Source: Azolla caroliniana
Lineage: Eukaryota; Plantae; Polypodiophyta
DNA: 64,000 nt
Direction: 5' to 3'
Assembly (NCBI GenBank): GCA_043228905.1
Contig: JBHGNT010000002.1
Coordinates: 10,106,001 to 10,170,000 of the forward strand
The stretch's first letter is position 1, and each line of letters begins with the position of its first letter. The position numbers and the translations under genes were made by a program. Below, in pieces: positions 1 to 12,985 of the stretch. The notes beneath the pieces are model-generated. The model saw nothing but the letters and a program-made list of their open reading frames with translations, made no database searches and had not been told where the DNA came from.

Positions 1-1012
1 AGAGACTGAGTGGGAACGACCAGTCGGATAAGGAGTCAACGAGTAGTGGAGACTCGGCCGTGTTGTCCCTGCGCAAGGAACTAAGGAGATGGTTCACGTG
101 GAAAGAGAAGGGGAAGAAGAAGATAGCGGAATATGACAGTGACAAGGACGAGTCGGATAAGAGTGAATCTGACTCCAGAAATCCTGAAGATGGACCTCTA
201 GAGAAGAGGTCGGAGTCAGCCAAGAGGGGCATCAAATCGGTAGAGTAGAAACTGCGCCGATCTACCCGCCAAAAGAATCTCGTAGTTTGATATGGGTATA
301 ATGAATACATAGTGCATCACTACGCGTACATGACGAAAGTGGCAGAGGTGCGTGAGCTGGAGAGCTATGCAAAAGAGGCAAAGGACGCAAATTGGCGCAT
401 CACAATGGAGGAAGAGATGAGAGCACTAACGAAGAATGTGACTTGGGACTTGGTTGACGCCCCCAAGGGCATGAAGCCGATCAGATGCAGGTGGGTGTAC
501 AAGATCAAGTATAACGCCGACGGATCCGCCAACCGGTACAACGCCTGGTTAGTGGCCAAGGGCTATGTGTAGCAACACGACATCGACTACAATGAGACTT
601 TTGTGCCGGTCACGAAGATGACGAATGTCTGTGTCTTGCTCGTGGTAGTTGCGGCAAAGGGGTGGCACTTACATCAAATGGATGCCAAGAATGCGTTCCT
701 CCAAGGTGAGCTTGAGGAATAGGTGTACATGGTATAGGCCCCCGGATTTCAGTCCGGAATGAACACGTCGACTGTTTGCCGACTGAAGAAGTTCCTCTAC
801 AGACTAAAGCAAGCCCCACTTGCCTGGAACGCGAAGATCATGCAGCGACTGCGTCGGATGGGGTTTGCCATGTCAAAGTTGAACTCTTCACATTTCATTG
901 GGCAAGGTCATAATGGGCCAGTTAGTATTTTACTTTACGTTGAGGATTTAGTCATCGCCAGTGCCGACTAGGAACAAATCGGCCGCATCAAGTCCTAGCT
1001 AGCAGCATCATT
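1..1012 (+). mobile_element. Degenerate Ty1/copia fragment (INT C-terminal linker and RT N-half), related to elements C and E
   Basis: Peptides [57 protein letters not shown]; several stops; collinear with 25900-26910. Confidence 0.9.
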
Positions 1013-4000
1013 CTATGTTAGTGCACACATGGCTTGAAGCCGACTTTCCTCCAATACCAACAATTGTTCCATCCTCATTTGTTTCGACTATGCTTCATCT
1101 AATCTCTCGATGATTTGAACATGTAGTGTTGGAATTTGGAATTCGACTAGCATTACAACATCTAGTCCGAATGCCATCTGAAACGGGGTCGATTTGATAA
1201 TTGTCTTGTATGAAGTTCGGTATGCCCATAAAGCTCTATGAAGCTTCTGGTCCCAATTAATTCTATGCTCATTAACTATTTTTCTTAGAATTATTTGTAA
1301 TGTTTTGTTTGTCAACTCTACCAATCCATTGGCTTGAGGGTAGTACGGAGTACTTCTTTTATGTACCACTGCATAATAAGTGGATAGCTCATGTACAATT
1401 TTATTTATAAAATGAGTACCATGATCACTTACCAGTTCGATTGGGCAACCAAACCAACACCATATGAATTCATAGGGAAATTTAGCTGTCGACGCTTCTG
1501 TGTTATCCTGAAGAGCTTTCATTTCAACCCATTTGGTACAATAGTCGGTGGCAACTATAATAAATTGATTGCCGTTTCGTGAAATTGCTGGTTTGAATGG
1601 CCCGACAAAGTCGAGAACCCATTTTTGAAATGGCTCCAAAGGTAAATACCGGCTCATGTGGCATCCTATCTTTTTCTGTGGGTTGGCCGGTTTGTTGACA
1701 TAAATTGCACTGGCGACAATAGTTGACTGCGTCTTTTGAGGTAGTTGGCCACCACAAGCCGCTATTGCAAATTTTCCTTGTCGTCGTTTGTCCCGCATAA
1801 TGACCACCAGCAATACCACAATGGGCCTCATGCACAACCGTTTCTTTCTCGTATTGTCGAACCGTCCGCCGCCATATGCCATCAGTTCCTTTATGGTATA
1901 GTGTGTTGTTTAGGAGACAGAAGTTTCGACTTCTTATTAAGTAGTAGCCTTTTTCTTTCATCTAGTGGCATGCCTTCTAGCGGTAGTCCCAAACTAAGAA
2001 AAATCATCATTTCGGTGATCCATAAATCTGCTTCATCGTCATCCATCTCTGTGGATGTTACTGTGTCAACTCAAAAAAGTGGAGTGTTGGGAAAATCATC
2101 CTTTACTCCTGTACCCGACTCTAGTCGACTCAGATAGTCGGCGACAACATGTTGTACCCCTGGATGGTGGATTATATCAAATTCAAACTCTTCCAACAAT
2201 AATGCCCATTGGGCTAGTTTTGATCTTAACTCCTGCTTGGATACTAAATATAATAATGTTAAATGATCTGGACACATGAAATGTGAATTTTCGGCCCAAC
2301 AGGTAATGTTGGAATTTATTGATACTATATATCATGCCGAGAGCCTCACGTTCGGTTGTCGAATAGTTGCGTTCCACCATTGATATCTTCCAACTCGCGT
2401 AATAAACTAATCTGTACCAGTTAGCTCCGTCAACTGCATTAAGGAACTTCCAATAGCTACATTAGATGCGTCGACAAAGACATGAAACTACTTTTTCTAG
2501 TCGGGACGTTGCACAACTGGTACCTTAGTGAGCATCTTCTTAACACAATCGTAGGCATCTTGCTCTGCATTCGTCCATTGAAAAGGTGTTTTATGCAGTG
2601 CCGTATGTAAAGTTGTTGCTACATCAGCCAAATACCGAATTATCCAACTATATGCCATCTGATTTGGCCCAAAAACCTACTAAGAGCTTAAATTAGCATT
2701 AGTTGGCGCTAGAGCTTCCTTATTGCCTTCCCTTGTAAGGATCAACTGCTATGCTATCCTGATTGACAATATGGCCGAGTAACGTACCACTCATTACACC
2801 GAATGCACATTTAATAGGATTAAGACTAAGTCGACCTTGTCAACACCGTTCTAGACACATGCGTAAATGCTTGAAATGATCAACTTTTTTACTATATTTA
2901 GCAAAATCATCAAGAAATACATGCATAAATGCAAGCATATAATCAGTGAAAATTTCCTAAATGACCCTCTCAAATGTCGTTAGAGCCGATTTTAATCCAA
3001 ACATCATTACGACGGCAACAAATACTCTTTATTCAATTACAAATGTTGTTTTCTCCTGATCCTTTGGGTGCATGCGAACCTGATTATAGCCACTAAATCC
3101 GTCCCGCCACCGCATCCAAAACTCCATCCGTAAAGGGTAACGGAAATGCATCTGTTACCATAGCTGCATTAAGCTTTCTATAGTCGACACATACCCTGAT
3201 CTTTCCATTCTTCTTGGGTACGATTACGATTGGACTTAACCATGTTGCATTCTTCACTGGTTGAATAAAACCGACTGTGAATAGTTTGTCGATTTCCTCT
3301 TTTATTTTCACAACATAATTGGGATTTAATCGGTACTGACACTGTTGTACTGGCTTCACATTTTTATGCAAATTTATTTGATGCGGATAGAAGGCCGGAT
3401 TTAATCCCTTCATATCTTCAAATGACCAAGCAAACACATCTTTATATCGATGTAGTAAATCAATCATATTAGCTTTATCGGTTGACTCCATTTCTTTATC
3501 TCTTAGAATGATCTTCGGTTCGGTGTTGGTGTCGGCTAAGTTTAATTCTTCGAGTGACGACGCCCGAACTCTTTTAGACACCTGCATCTCCCTTTCTGTA
3601 GCTTCTTGTTGAAGTCTTAACTCCTTCAATGTTTTTTCATCCACAGGAATTTCTTCTTCTTTATCTTCCTCACCCGTATATGATGTAAGCGTATGTATGA
3701 TGTCGACTTTGAACAGTAGAATGATCTTTGGATTGCTTCAAAATATTTTTCTTCTTCAGCCTCATCTAATCCTTCCATCATGTTCACTACTTCACGATGG
3801 ATTGGTAAACACTGCCGAGTCGTACTGATTTTTTCTTGTGTTGACACCCGAAATTTACTCTTATCCTTCCAGAATGTTAAGATGTTCTTGCACCAATTCT
3901 GTTTAATATTTGTTGTCTTTAGCCAAGGTCAGCCTAATAATAATGGATATGCACCGGGGGCATCCAAATGAAGCACTACAACCAAGATCTGGAAAGTGTG

Positions 4001-5089
4001 ACCCCCCACAATGACATCTAATTGGCGAATTAGACCTAGTGGCTGAACTGTACTTGCGTCGGCCATTCTTAACCATAAAGGACATGCCTCCCATTTAGTA
4101 ATTCTTAGCCAATCACATGTGATCTTATTAACCACATTTACCCCTGATCTATCGTCGACAATAGTGCAAGTGACTTCATGACCCCGAATTACTACTTTTA
4201 TTGATGGGCTCTGTTCATCCATTACTGTCAGTCTAGTGATCGGATTATTGTAATTAACCGACACCTTTTCGGCCCCATTCTGGGTAATAATTGTTGTGAC
4301 CTTCTCTGTGAATCTGGGCACTAATCTTAATAATCTCGCCAAGGCTAATTACAGTTGGAAATCTGCCATGATTTTCCATGTTTCTTCATCTTCCGGTGTC
4401 GTTCTAGGTGCTGACTGGCCGTCTAGATGAGCGTCGAATGATGCATCATTGTCTTGCAACATTCTGGAAACATTCTTGTTGTTGGCTTCTTCGACCCATT
4501 CCTTAGTCACCTTTCATATTGCTTCTTCCACCTCTCACTCTAATTGTTTTCCTTTACTACGAGTGGTTACGTGTTGTATTTCCGGTACCACCATATTTAC
4601 TGCCGGTGCCTTCCCTTTATCTTTCGTCGGGCATTGATTTGCATAGTGCCCATGTTTTTTGCATATGTAGCAATTTGGAACTGATGAGCCACTAGATTCT
4701 ACGGGTTCATATTGTGGTCGACGAGCATCCTGAGATTCAGAATTATCCCTGTCTCTGGAATCATGTTGAAATTGTCGAGACCCTTTCGACTTTCGGTTGT
4801 CATTAAATTGACGATTTGATGGTCGGTTATTCTCATTTCTTTTATAGTTATTGGACCTTCTGTCATCCTGATAACGACTTCCCCTATAGGGTTATCGGTT
4901 ATTGTTATCTCGTCAGGGTGAGTAATCCTGATCATAATTATTTCGACTATCCCGTTGGTAGTCATCTTGATGATCCTCATCATATCGGTCATTACGCCGA
5001 TAGTCACTACGTCGACAATCGTCTCTCCGATTATCATCTCGACGGCTATCATTCCGCCGGTTATCATTTCTCTGCTCCAACTGATCCGG
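1013..5089 (-). mobile_element. Element J: decayed Ty3/gypsy non-chromovirus internal region (gag knuckle, PR, RT, RH, INT), same group as H and I
   Basis: ORF fragments: INT (KWVLDFVGP...YYPQANG, 1088-1882), RH (RNYSTTEREAL), RT (WLSPIVIVPKKNGKIRVCVDYRKLN, 3093-3644), PR region 3929-4342, CYICKKHGHYANQC knuckle near 4630-4675. Confidence 0.9.
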
Positions 5090-7136
5090 TGTCGTGCCTT
5101 TCGACGCCGGACCGTTGCGTGAGTCGGGTGGGAACCACTTGGGTTTTGGTCTAGGAGGAGGAGAATTCTAAAACAGATAGGAATGTGAATAAATTGTAAG
5201 AAAGAGAGAAATTCGTGAATCCCAGGAATATAATGAATTAGTTTAACTTAATATTTAAAATTATAGTAATAAATTGAAATAGTTTAGAATAGATTAGAGT
5301 AGATTGAGAAAAGAGATCAAAACTTGTGAATCCCACAAGTATTATATTAATCAATATTTAGAATGTAATAAAAAAACCCAAGAATCAATCATTTCAATAC
5401 ATCTTTCTCTCCTTCATATAGTGACGGAAGAGGCTAAGTATATCTTACTACATGGAAAGCATCATGTTTTTTCTAAAGAGTTCATGCACACTAGATGTGT
5501 ATGAATAGCTTTTCCTATTATGCTTTTTCTTCTAATAATAGTGTTCATGCACATGAGATTTGCATGAATAGGCTTTTCGATCTGATGCATTTTCTGTTAG
5601 GAATATGGATCCAAATCGGGATGATTTAGACTACCAACTCAATCAAGACAAATTAAACAATAGATGAAACCACAAGACGAAAATGAGAGTACACCAAAAT
5701 ATTTTAATGTGGAAAATCCAAAATAGGGAAAAACCACGGGAACCGTAGGTTCCAAACAACTCCACTATATCTTTGAGTACAACGGAATACGACCTCACTA
5801 GATGGGTGTATCTACCTCAAGGCAATGACCTTGGTTACAACCTTCACTCAATTGGGTGGATAGAATAACAAGGATTACAAATTGCGTACCAACTCTCTAG
5901 GTTTTGACTAGAGAAATGTCCTAGCCTCAAGGCAACAACCTTGGCTACAATCTTCACCCGATTGGGTGGATACAACAATGACCCAGATTATAATTCCTCA
6001 CCCAACTGGGTGTATAGAAAACCAAAGAAAATGGAAACTAGAAAACATAAAACGAATAAACCTAAAACAAGTAGATAGGACAGGTGTTCAATCGTGGTTC
6101 TTCGATAGCACGAACAACCCTTCACAGGTCTCCATATCTATGATAGTAGTTCACTCTTCTTATAACTTGCCTTAATTATAATTTTTCTTATAACTTTCCT
6201 TAAGCCTATTTGGCGTTCAACAGATTCACTGTTGTGTGCTCCACTTGAGTGGACAAGCCCCAACAATTCTCCCCCTCTGTCTCAAATGGGGGGCACAACC
6301 AAGTTTGTCTTTTGTTTGCAAAACTTCAAGATTCTCCCTTGACAAACTTTTAGTCATCATGTCGGGGCCATTCTCATTGGTATGTATCTTCTCAATGTGC
6401 ATTTTCTTTTCTTCAAGCACATCTCTAATCCAATCGTATCTAACATCAATGTTGTTTGACTTAGAGTGCAAGGAAGAATTCTTGCTTAACTGGATAACAC
6501 TTTGGCTATCACAATACCAAATGTACCTTTCTTGGGCCAGCAACAACTCTTGTAGGAATTTCTTTAGCCATAACAATTCCTTAGTAGCTTCTATGGCAGC
6601 AATATTGAAAAGAATGCCGTGCGGAAGCAATATAGAAAAACCGAACAACAGAAAACGCAGGTTTAATGGAAAGCTTAGGTTTGCACAATACGCACGGGAG
6701 AGACAGAGAGAGAGTAAACACAAGAACTTAATTCAAAAAATAATACTCAATCTATACATAGGATGTGCTCATTGAGCACTTTTATACAAGCCCTGACAAT
6801 CGGGCTGACACAAGTACTGACAGTACTTGACTGCTCATAAATGAGCCTCGACTCTTACTCCCAAAACTATTCCTTATGAGGAATATCTTTCTAACGGCCT
6901 TTCGATTTACGCACCGATACGACCTTCCTACGCACCGGTTTGCGTATCGGTTTACACATCCGTTTTACGCATAGGTCCGGCCTAACAGATCGGTCCCAAC
7001 CGATCTGGTCCTCGGCTTGCTCAGCCGATTTGGCCGATGTTGAGCTTCTCTCTCAACACTCCCCCTCAAGCTCAACTTGAGGCTCTTCGGGATCTTCGGG
7101 ATCACCACTCTGGTTCCTCCTAGCTCCACGCCTCGC

Positions 7137-9182
7137 TCACGCTCCTCGGCCTTTTCGACTCCGTGCACTTCGACCCTTCCGGTCGGTACGGCCCTTCACA
7201 ACTCCCTTGTTGTCGTAGTGTTGGTGCTTCTCCTGTTGCCTTCTTTTGCGCTTGGCCCTCGGTTGATTCAGTGTATCCGAATCAAACACTCGAACCGACT
7301 CGGCTACCTCCGATCGGTTTTCGCTCTCGTCCGAGTTGGCTGTCTCCAACTCGTCTTTGGTCTTCTCGCCCTTGAAGACATCATCTCTCCCATGCTTGGT
7401 TGGCTTTGGCTCTTTCTTCCGCCTGCTCCCCTTATATCCTCTTTCAGACTCTTCCGCTGATCCGCCCTCGGCTTCTTCAGCCGATCTGAAATCGAATTCG
7501 TCATCTGACTCGACGCTACGGTCTTTTCCGCTCCTTTCCTGCTCCCTTCCATGGTCATCTGGGACATCTCTCCCCCTCAAGTTCGCCACGTCGAGGTGAC
7601 GCAACCTAAGCGCACCTGAGAATTGCCGCAACTTGTCCAGACCAAGAGGCTTGGTGAAGATGTCGGCGGTCTGTCGATCCGTCGGAATAACCTGAAGTTC
7701 AACTTCACCAGAAAGGACATGCTCACGGACAAAATGGTAGTGCACCTCAATGTGCTCGGTCCGTGCGTGGAAGACGGGGTTCTTCACGAACTGGATGCTG
7801 CTGAGGTTGTCGGAGTAGATCGTCGTCGGATCACACACCTCCACCTGCAGATCCTTAAGTAGCCGCTTCAACCATATGGCTTCGCATGTCGCGACAACCG
7901 CTCCTCTATACTCGGCTTCGGTGCTCGACAGTGCAACTGTCAGATGTTTCTTGCTACTCCACGCTATCGCGGCACTCCCAAGAGAGAACGCGTATCCGGA
8001 CGTGGATCGGCGATCGGCGGCGTTGCCAGCCCAATCAGCATCGGTGTAGCCAACCAATTGCGGGGCTAGACCGGTCCGAAATAGCAGTCCCCGGTCCTTA
8101 GTGCCGCTTATGTACCGTAGTACGCGTTGCGCACACTGAAGGTGCTCCTTGGTAGGTCGCGCCATAAACTGACTGATCACCTTGACCGGATAACTGAGAT
8201 CGGGTCGGGTGATTGTCAAGTAAATAAGGCTTCCGACAATTTGTCGGAATCTCGTCGAGTCGCACACCTTTCCGGAATTGGGGCGAAGCTTGATGGTTCT
8301 ATCAAGAGGAGTCGAGACGGACTTATAGTCTGCCATCCCGAATTTGAAGAGCCTATTCAGTGTGTAATGACGTTGGCTGATTAGTATGCCTTCGGGGGTG
8401 CGGACCACTTCGATCCCGAGGAAGTAATGAAGGTCCCCCAGATCCTTCATGCCTAATGAGGCTGCAAGTTGGAGATTCACGCGGTCAATTTCACCTAGGT
8501 CGGCGCCGGTGATGACCAAGTCATCAACATATAGTAAAATACTAACCGGCTCGAGTCGACCTTTCCAGATGAACAGGGAAGAGTCCGATTTTGACGTTGC
8601 AAAGACCATCCGACGCAGTTGTTGCGTGATCTTCGTGTTCCAGGAACGCGGGCCTTGCTTCAATCCGTAAAGGGACTTCTTCAATCGGCACACCGCCGAG
8701 GTGTTCGTTCCGGAGTGAAATCCGGGGGGCTGTACCATGTACACATGTTCCTCAAGCTCACCTTGCAGGAACGCATTCTTTACATCCATCTGATGTAAGT
8801 GCCACCCCTTTGCCTCAACTACTGCGAGCAAAACATGGACAATCGTCATCTTCGCGACCAGTGCAAACGTCTCATGGTAGTCGATGCCGTGTTTCTGCGC
8901 ATAGCCTTTTGCCACTAACCGGGCCTTGTATCGGTTGACCGAGCCGTCGGTGTTGTACTTGACCTTGTACACCCACCTACATCCAATCGGCGTCACACCC
9001 TTTGGTGCATCAATCAGGTCCCAGGTCTCGTTTTCCGCCAATGCGTGCATCTCTTCCTCCATCGCGGCGCGCCGGTTCGCGTCCTTAGCCGCTTCTGCGT
9101 AGCTCTTCGGCTCACGCTCTTCTGCTACACGGGTCATGTACGCATAATGATGCGCCATGTACTCGTTGTATCCGAACCGCAC
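7137..9182 (-). CDS. Copia RT-RNase H (681-aa open stretch) with charged C-terminal extension
   Basis: Motifs KARLVAKG, QMDVKNAFL, LYGLKQ, YVDD, YTDADWAG, IEVHYHF, TADIFTK. Confidence 0.92.
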   Translation of the reverse strand: MRFGYNEYMAHHYAYMTRVAEEREPKSYAEAAKDANRRAAMEEEMHALAENETWDLIDAPKGVTPIGCRWVYKVKYNTDGSVNRYKARLVAKGYAQKHGIDYHETFALVAKMTIVHVLLAVVEAKGWHLHQMDVKNAFLQGELEEHVYMVQPPGFHSGTNTSAVCRLKKSLYGLKQGPRSWNTKITQQLRRMVFATSKSDSSLFIWKGRLEPVSILLYVDDLVITGADLGEIDRVNLQLAASLGMKDLGDLHYFLGIEVVRTPEGILISQRHYTLNRLFKFGMADYKSVSTPLDRTIKLRPNSGKVCDSTRFRQIVGSLIYLTITRPDLSYPVKVISQFMARPTKEHLQCAQRVLRYISGTKDRGLLFRTGLAPQLVGYTDADWAGNAADRRSTSGYAFSLGSAAIAWSSKKHLTVALSSTEAEYRGAVVATCEAIWLKRLLKDLQVEVCDPTTIYSDNLSSIQFVKNPVFHARTEHIEVHYHFVREHVLSGEVELQVIPTDRQTADIFTKPLGLDKLRQFSGALRLRHLDVANLRGRDVPDDHGREQERSGKDRSVESDDEFDFRSAEEAEGGSAEESERGYKGSRRKKEPKPTKHGRDDVFKGEKTKDELETANSDESENRSEVAESVRVFDSDTLNQPRAKRKRRQQEKHQHYDNKGVVKGRTDRKGRSARSRKGRGA

Positions 9183-9194
9183 AACTGGGTTCTT

Positions 9195-10082
9195 CTAGCA
9201 GGTAGATCGGCGTAATCGGTCTTTAGCCGATGTCGAGGTCTTCTCGGCCGACGCGGACTTCGCTCTTGAACACCCGTCACCACTTTCCTCGGAGTCGGAC
9301 TCGCGTCGGTCTGACTCGTTTCTGTCCGTGCCGGAATCCGACACCTTTTTCTTCCCTTTCTCTTTGTGCGTAAGCCTTCTCCTCGGCTTTCTGCGTGGGT
9401 AATGTACAACCGAGTCTCCACTACTCGCCAGCTCTTCATCGGACTGGTCGAAACGACTCAGTCGTCCATTCGGTCCACTTAACCAAAACGAAATCGGACT
9501 CTCTTCGCGGGTCCTGATTTCAGGCTCATCCAGAGGCATCTCAGTCTCGTTGACCTCATCGTCAGAACCCGGATTGGAGGTGAGGTCCGGAGTCGGGGGC
9601 AAGTACCAGGACGCAGACTCATCAAACACAACGTCGTGGCTCTCGAGCGCTTGTTTGGTACGTGGGTTATAGCACTTATAACCCTTCTGCTCGTTCGAAT
9701 AGCCGACCAAGATAAACTTCTCGGCTTTCGCGTCCAACTTCCTCCTTTTCTCCTTCAGCACATGCACATACGCAAAACTACCGAAAACTCGTAAGTGTTG
9801 CAAGTTCGGCTTCATTCCGAAATATAGCTCATGCGTGGACACTTTATCTCCTATCCGATTCTGGATGGATACCGCGGTCCTTACCGCCTCGACCCAGTAG
9901 AACTTGGGCAAGCTCTTCTCTTCCAGCATTGCCCGTGCCGCTTCCACAACTGACCAATTTTTCCTCTCAGCCACGCCGTTTTGCTGCGGCGTGTATCTGC
10001 AACTGAATTCGCACCAAATTCCCATCTGTTGTAGATAACCATTGAATTGACCGGAAAAGTATTCTTTTCCGCCATCCGACCG
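9195..10082 (-). pseudogene. C-terminal half of copia integrase of element C
   Basis: RSDGGKEY, PQQNGVAER, LRVFGS, FILVGYS; N-terminus replaced by LTR sequence; stop before RT. Confidence 0.88.
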
Positions 10083-12266
10083 GAATGGCGTGCGACAGCA
10101 ATATAGAAAAACCAAACAACAGAAAATGCAGGTTTAATGGAAAGCTTAGGTTTGCACAGTATGCACGGGAGAGACAGAGAGAGAGTAAACACAAGAACTT
10201 AATTTAAAAAATAATACTCAATCTATACATAGGATGTGCTCAATAAGCACTTTTATACAAGCCCTGACAATCGGGCTGACACAAGTATTGACAGTACTTG
10301 ACTGATCATAAATAAGCCTCGACTCTTACTCCCAAAACTATTCCTTACGAGGAATATCTTTCTAACGGTCTTTCGGTTTACGCACCGATACGGCTTCCTA
10401 TGCACCGGTTTGCGTACCGGTTTACGCATCCGTTTTATGCACCGGTCTGGCCTAACCAATCAATCCCAACCGATCCGGTCCTCGGCTTGCTCAGCCGATC
10501 CGGCCAATGTTGAGCTTGTCTCTCAACAAATATACTCGGCCTCATTGTGGATAATGCCACACATTTTTGCAATCTAGATTGCCAAGAGACCGCCCCCCCT
10601 GCAAAGATCATTAGGTAACCAGATGTAGACTTTCTGGATTCAACATCACCAACCATATCAGCATCTGTATATCCATCTAATATAGTTTGGTTCTCACCAA
10701 ATTTTACACAGACTCTTGAGGTACCCCTTAGATATCGCAGGATCTATTTCACTGCTTCCCAATGATATTTTCCAAGGTTCGAGAGAAAATGGCCCAGTAC
10801 ACCAAGTGCGTGAGCAATGTCCGGCCTCGTGCATACTATAGCATACATTAAACTACCAACTACAGAGGCATATGGTATTTGTTTCATTCCTTCTTGCTCT
10901 TCATCACTTCTAGGGCATTGAGCTAAGCTAAGTTTAAAGTGGCCCGTGAGTGGATTGTTGACCAGCTTACTCTTAGCCATGTTGAATCTCTCAAGTACCT
11001 TCTCAATGTACTTTTCTTGAGACAACCAAAGTCTTTTGCTTGCCCTGTCCCTTGTTATCTTCATCCCAAGGATTTGCTTGGCTGGTCCCAAGTCTTTCAT
11101 GTCTTGGATCGCGTTCACTTTGGATTGCGAAGGCTTCCGACTGTAGTGAGGAATCCAGATATGATAAAACGCGCATGCTCCAAGGAACCTTCGAACCTCC
11201 GTTTGGTTTTCACATTCTTCTTTCATTTCTTGGACCGCGTTCACTTTGGATGGCGAAGGCTTCCGGCCGTATGCTCCACACAAGTGACTTACCACCAAGA
11301 TCTTTGGTCGCTCGAATGCAGATTTTTCTTCCGAAAATGTCAAATTCGCATCTTCGAGCCTTTGAAGCACCTTCTCGCAATCTTTCATATGATCCGCGAC
11401 AAACTTTCTACACCCTTTCTTATCTTTCGATTCATCTTTCTCCTCATCCGAACATCCTTTTATTGGAATATCATCCAAGAATGGCATCGTGATGTCTGGG
11501 ATACAATCCTTCAAGACTTTATTCATGGCATTCACCATATGAGCCACCGAGTTCGTTGCGCCTTGAGGTAAGGTACACATCCGCACAAGCCCAATCGGAG
11601 TCCTCATGGTTGTAATGTCACGACTGTCGATTGCCAATTGGAATTGGTCATATCCAGAGTAGGCATTTCGAATTGTCACCTTGTTGACGGGTTGAAGATC
11701 TTGGATGAATCTCAATGATCCATTCTTCTTCGGCACCGTGAACCACCTATTGGAATAAGGAGCATTCGATGGTTCCAAAATTCCCATATTCACCTTCTCC
11801 TTTAAGAGCTCGATTAGCTTCGGTAGGTGTGCTCTCGGAACCGGTATCGGTTTCAAATTCCAAGGTATGTGCGGCACCGTGATGATCACCATTGGCTCTA
11901 TCGCCCTTGGATTAGCACATCCGATTTCTTGTGGGAAAAATGTGAAAGCCTTCCCATGTCTCTCAAGCATGTCGCGAAACTTTCGCTCCTCTTCAGGGAG
12001 AAGGAAATCCTCCCTTCCAACTCGTAGCTTTCCCTTCGTCTCTTTGGTGAAGACATGACCTATTGTCTTCGGATCTCTTAAGCTTGGATCGTTAGCAACT
12101 TCCTTCATCTTTTGCCAACTATCTTCCGGTAGCGGAACTGCAACTGGCTTGACCTTCTTATCCACCATTTTATATTTTGTGTTAACGTTAGTTTCCTTCA
12201 TCAAAATGTTTCGATGATATTCATCGATGATAATGTACATGTTGATGGAGCTAACCGAAATCACGT

Positions 12267-12985
12267 TGTCGTAGTGTATTTCGTACACTACGTGAAAAAG
12301 TAAAAATAATATAACCGATTTAATTACATATAAATAAATAAAATAAGAATATCAAAATATTTATCACGTGCATAGGGCAAGATTCAAACCCTATACCTCC
12401 ATATAGCCAAACCTCAACTTTACCATTATGCTACCTTATCTTTAGTGTTCTACAAATAGATTTAATAACTATAAGTGCTTTATTTGCGCCTACCTTTATT
12501 AAAACGCAAGCAACTAAAAAGTGCGTGAATATTTTATAGAAAAACGCAAGCAACTAAAAAGTGACTCATGCACATCTAGCGTGCATGAGCACTATATTTA
12601 GCAAATAAAAGCAAGGATTAGAAAAGCATCACATGCACATTTAGTGTGCATGAACATATTAGAAAAAAAAGCATGTAGCTATGCTTAGTCTCTCCCATCA
12701 CTATATAAGGATGGGGAGCACATTGTAGTTTTTGTTGATTATTTTTCTATAATGATCAATCAATCTAAAATATTCGTGGGATTCACGAATTTGCTAAAAT
12801 AATTCTCTCTTACTACCTAAATATTGACTAAATATACTAAACTCGTGGGATTCACGAGATTCTTATCTTATAACTCTTTATACCTATTCTTTACTAGCCT
12901 TATTTGTATTTTTCTTCCTCCTAGTCCAAAACCTCGGCGGTTCCCACCCGACTCACGCAACGATCCGGAGCCGAAAGGCACGACA
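12267..12985 (+). repeat. Solo LTR of family A inserted in D between PR and RT
   Basis: Reverse complement of 21376-22159 (diverged); TGTCGTAG...GCACGACA; TATATAA near 12703; no PBS and no clean TSD. Confidence 0.82.

Larger units (their letters stand above)
6606..10528 (-). mobile_element. Element C: internally deleted Ty1/copia (3' LTR 6606-7058; 5' LTR ~10083-10528 fused into integrase)
   Basis: Near-identical LTR pair; TSD AATAT at 6601-6605 and 10529-10533 splits host codons EAEY/IAA; PPT 7059-7068. Confidence 0.93.
5595..11100 (-). mobile_element. Element B: 5'-truncated Tnt1/Tork-like copia (RT C-terminus, RNase H, PPT, 3' LTR 5595-6265), interrupted by C
   Basis: MKDLGPAKQILGMKITRDR...CTRPDIAHA (10744-11100), SRKSTSGY...SWQSRLQKCVALST, CDSQSVIQLSKN...NGPDMMTK; PPT GAGGGGGAG at ~6269-6277; LTR TGTT...AACA. 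Confidence 0.85.

Noticed and set aside
6226-6723. 165-aa ORF with hydrophobic N-terminus
   Set aside because: Artefactual fusion of C LTR sequence to B RNase H across the insertion site
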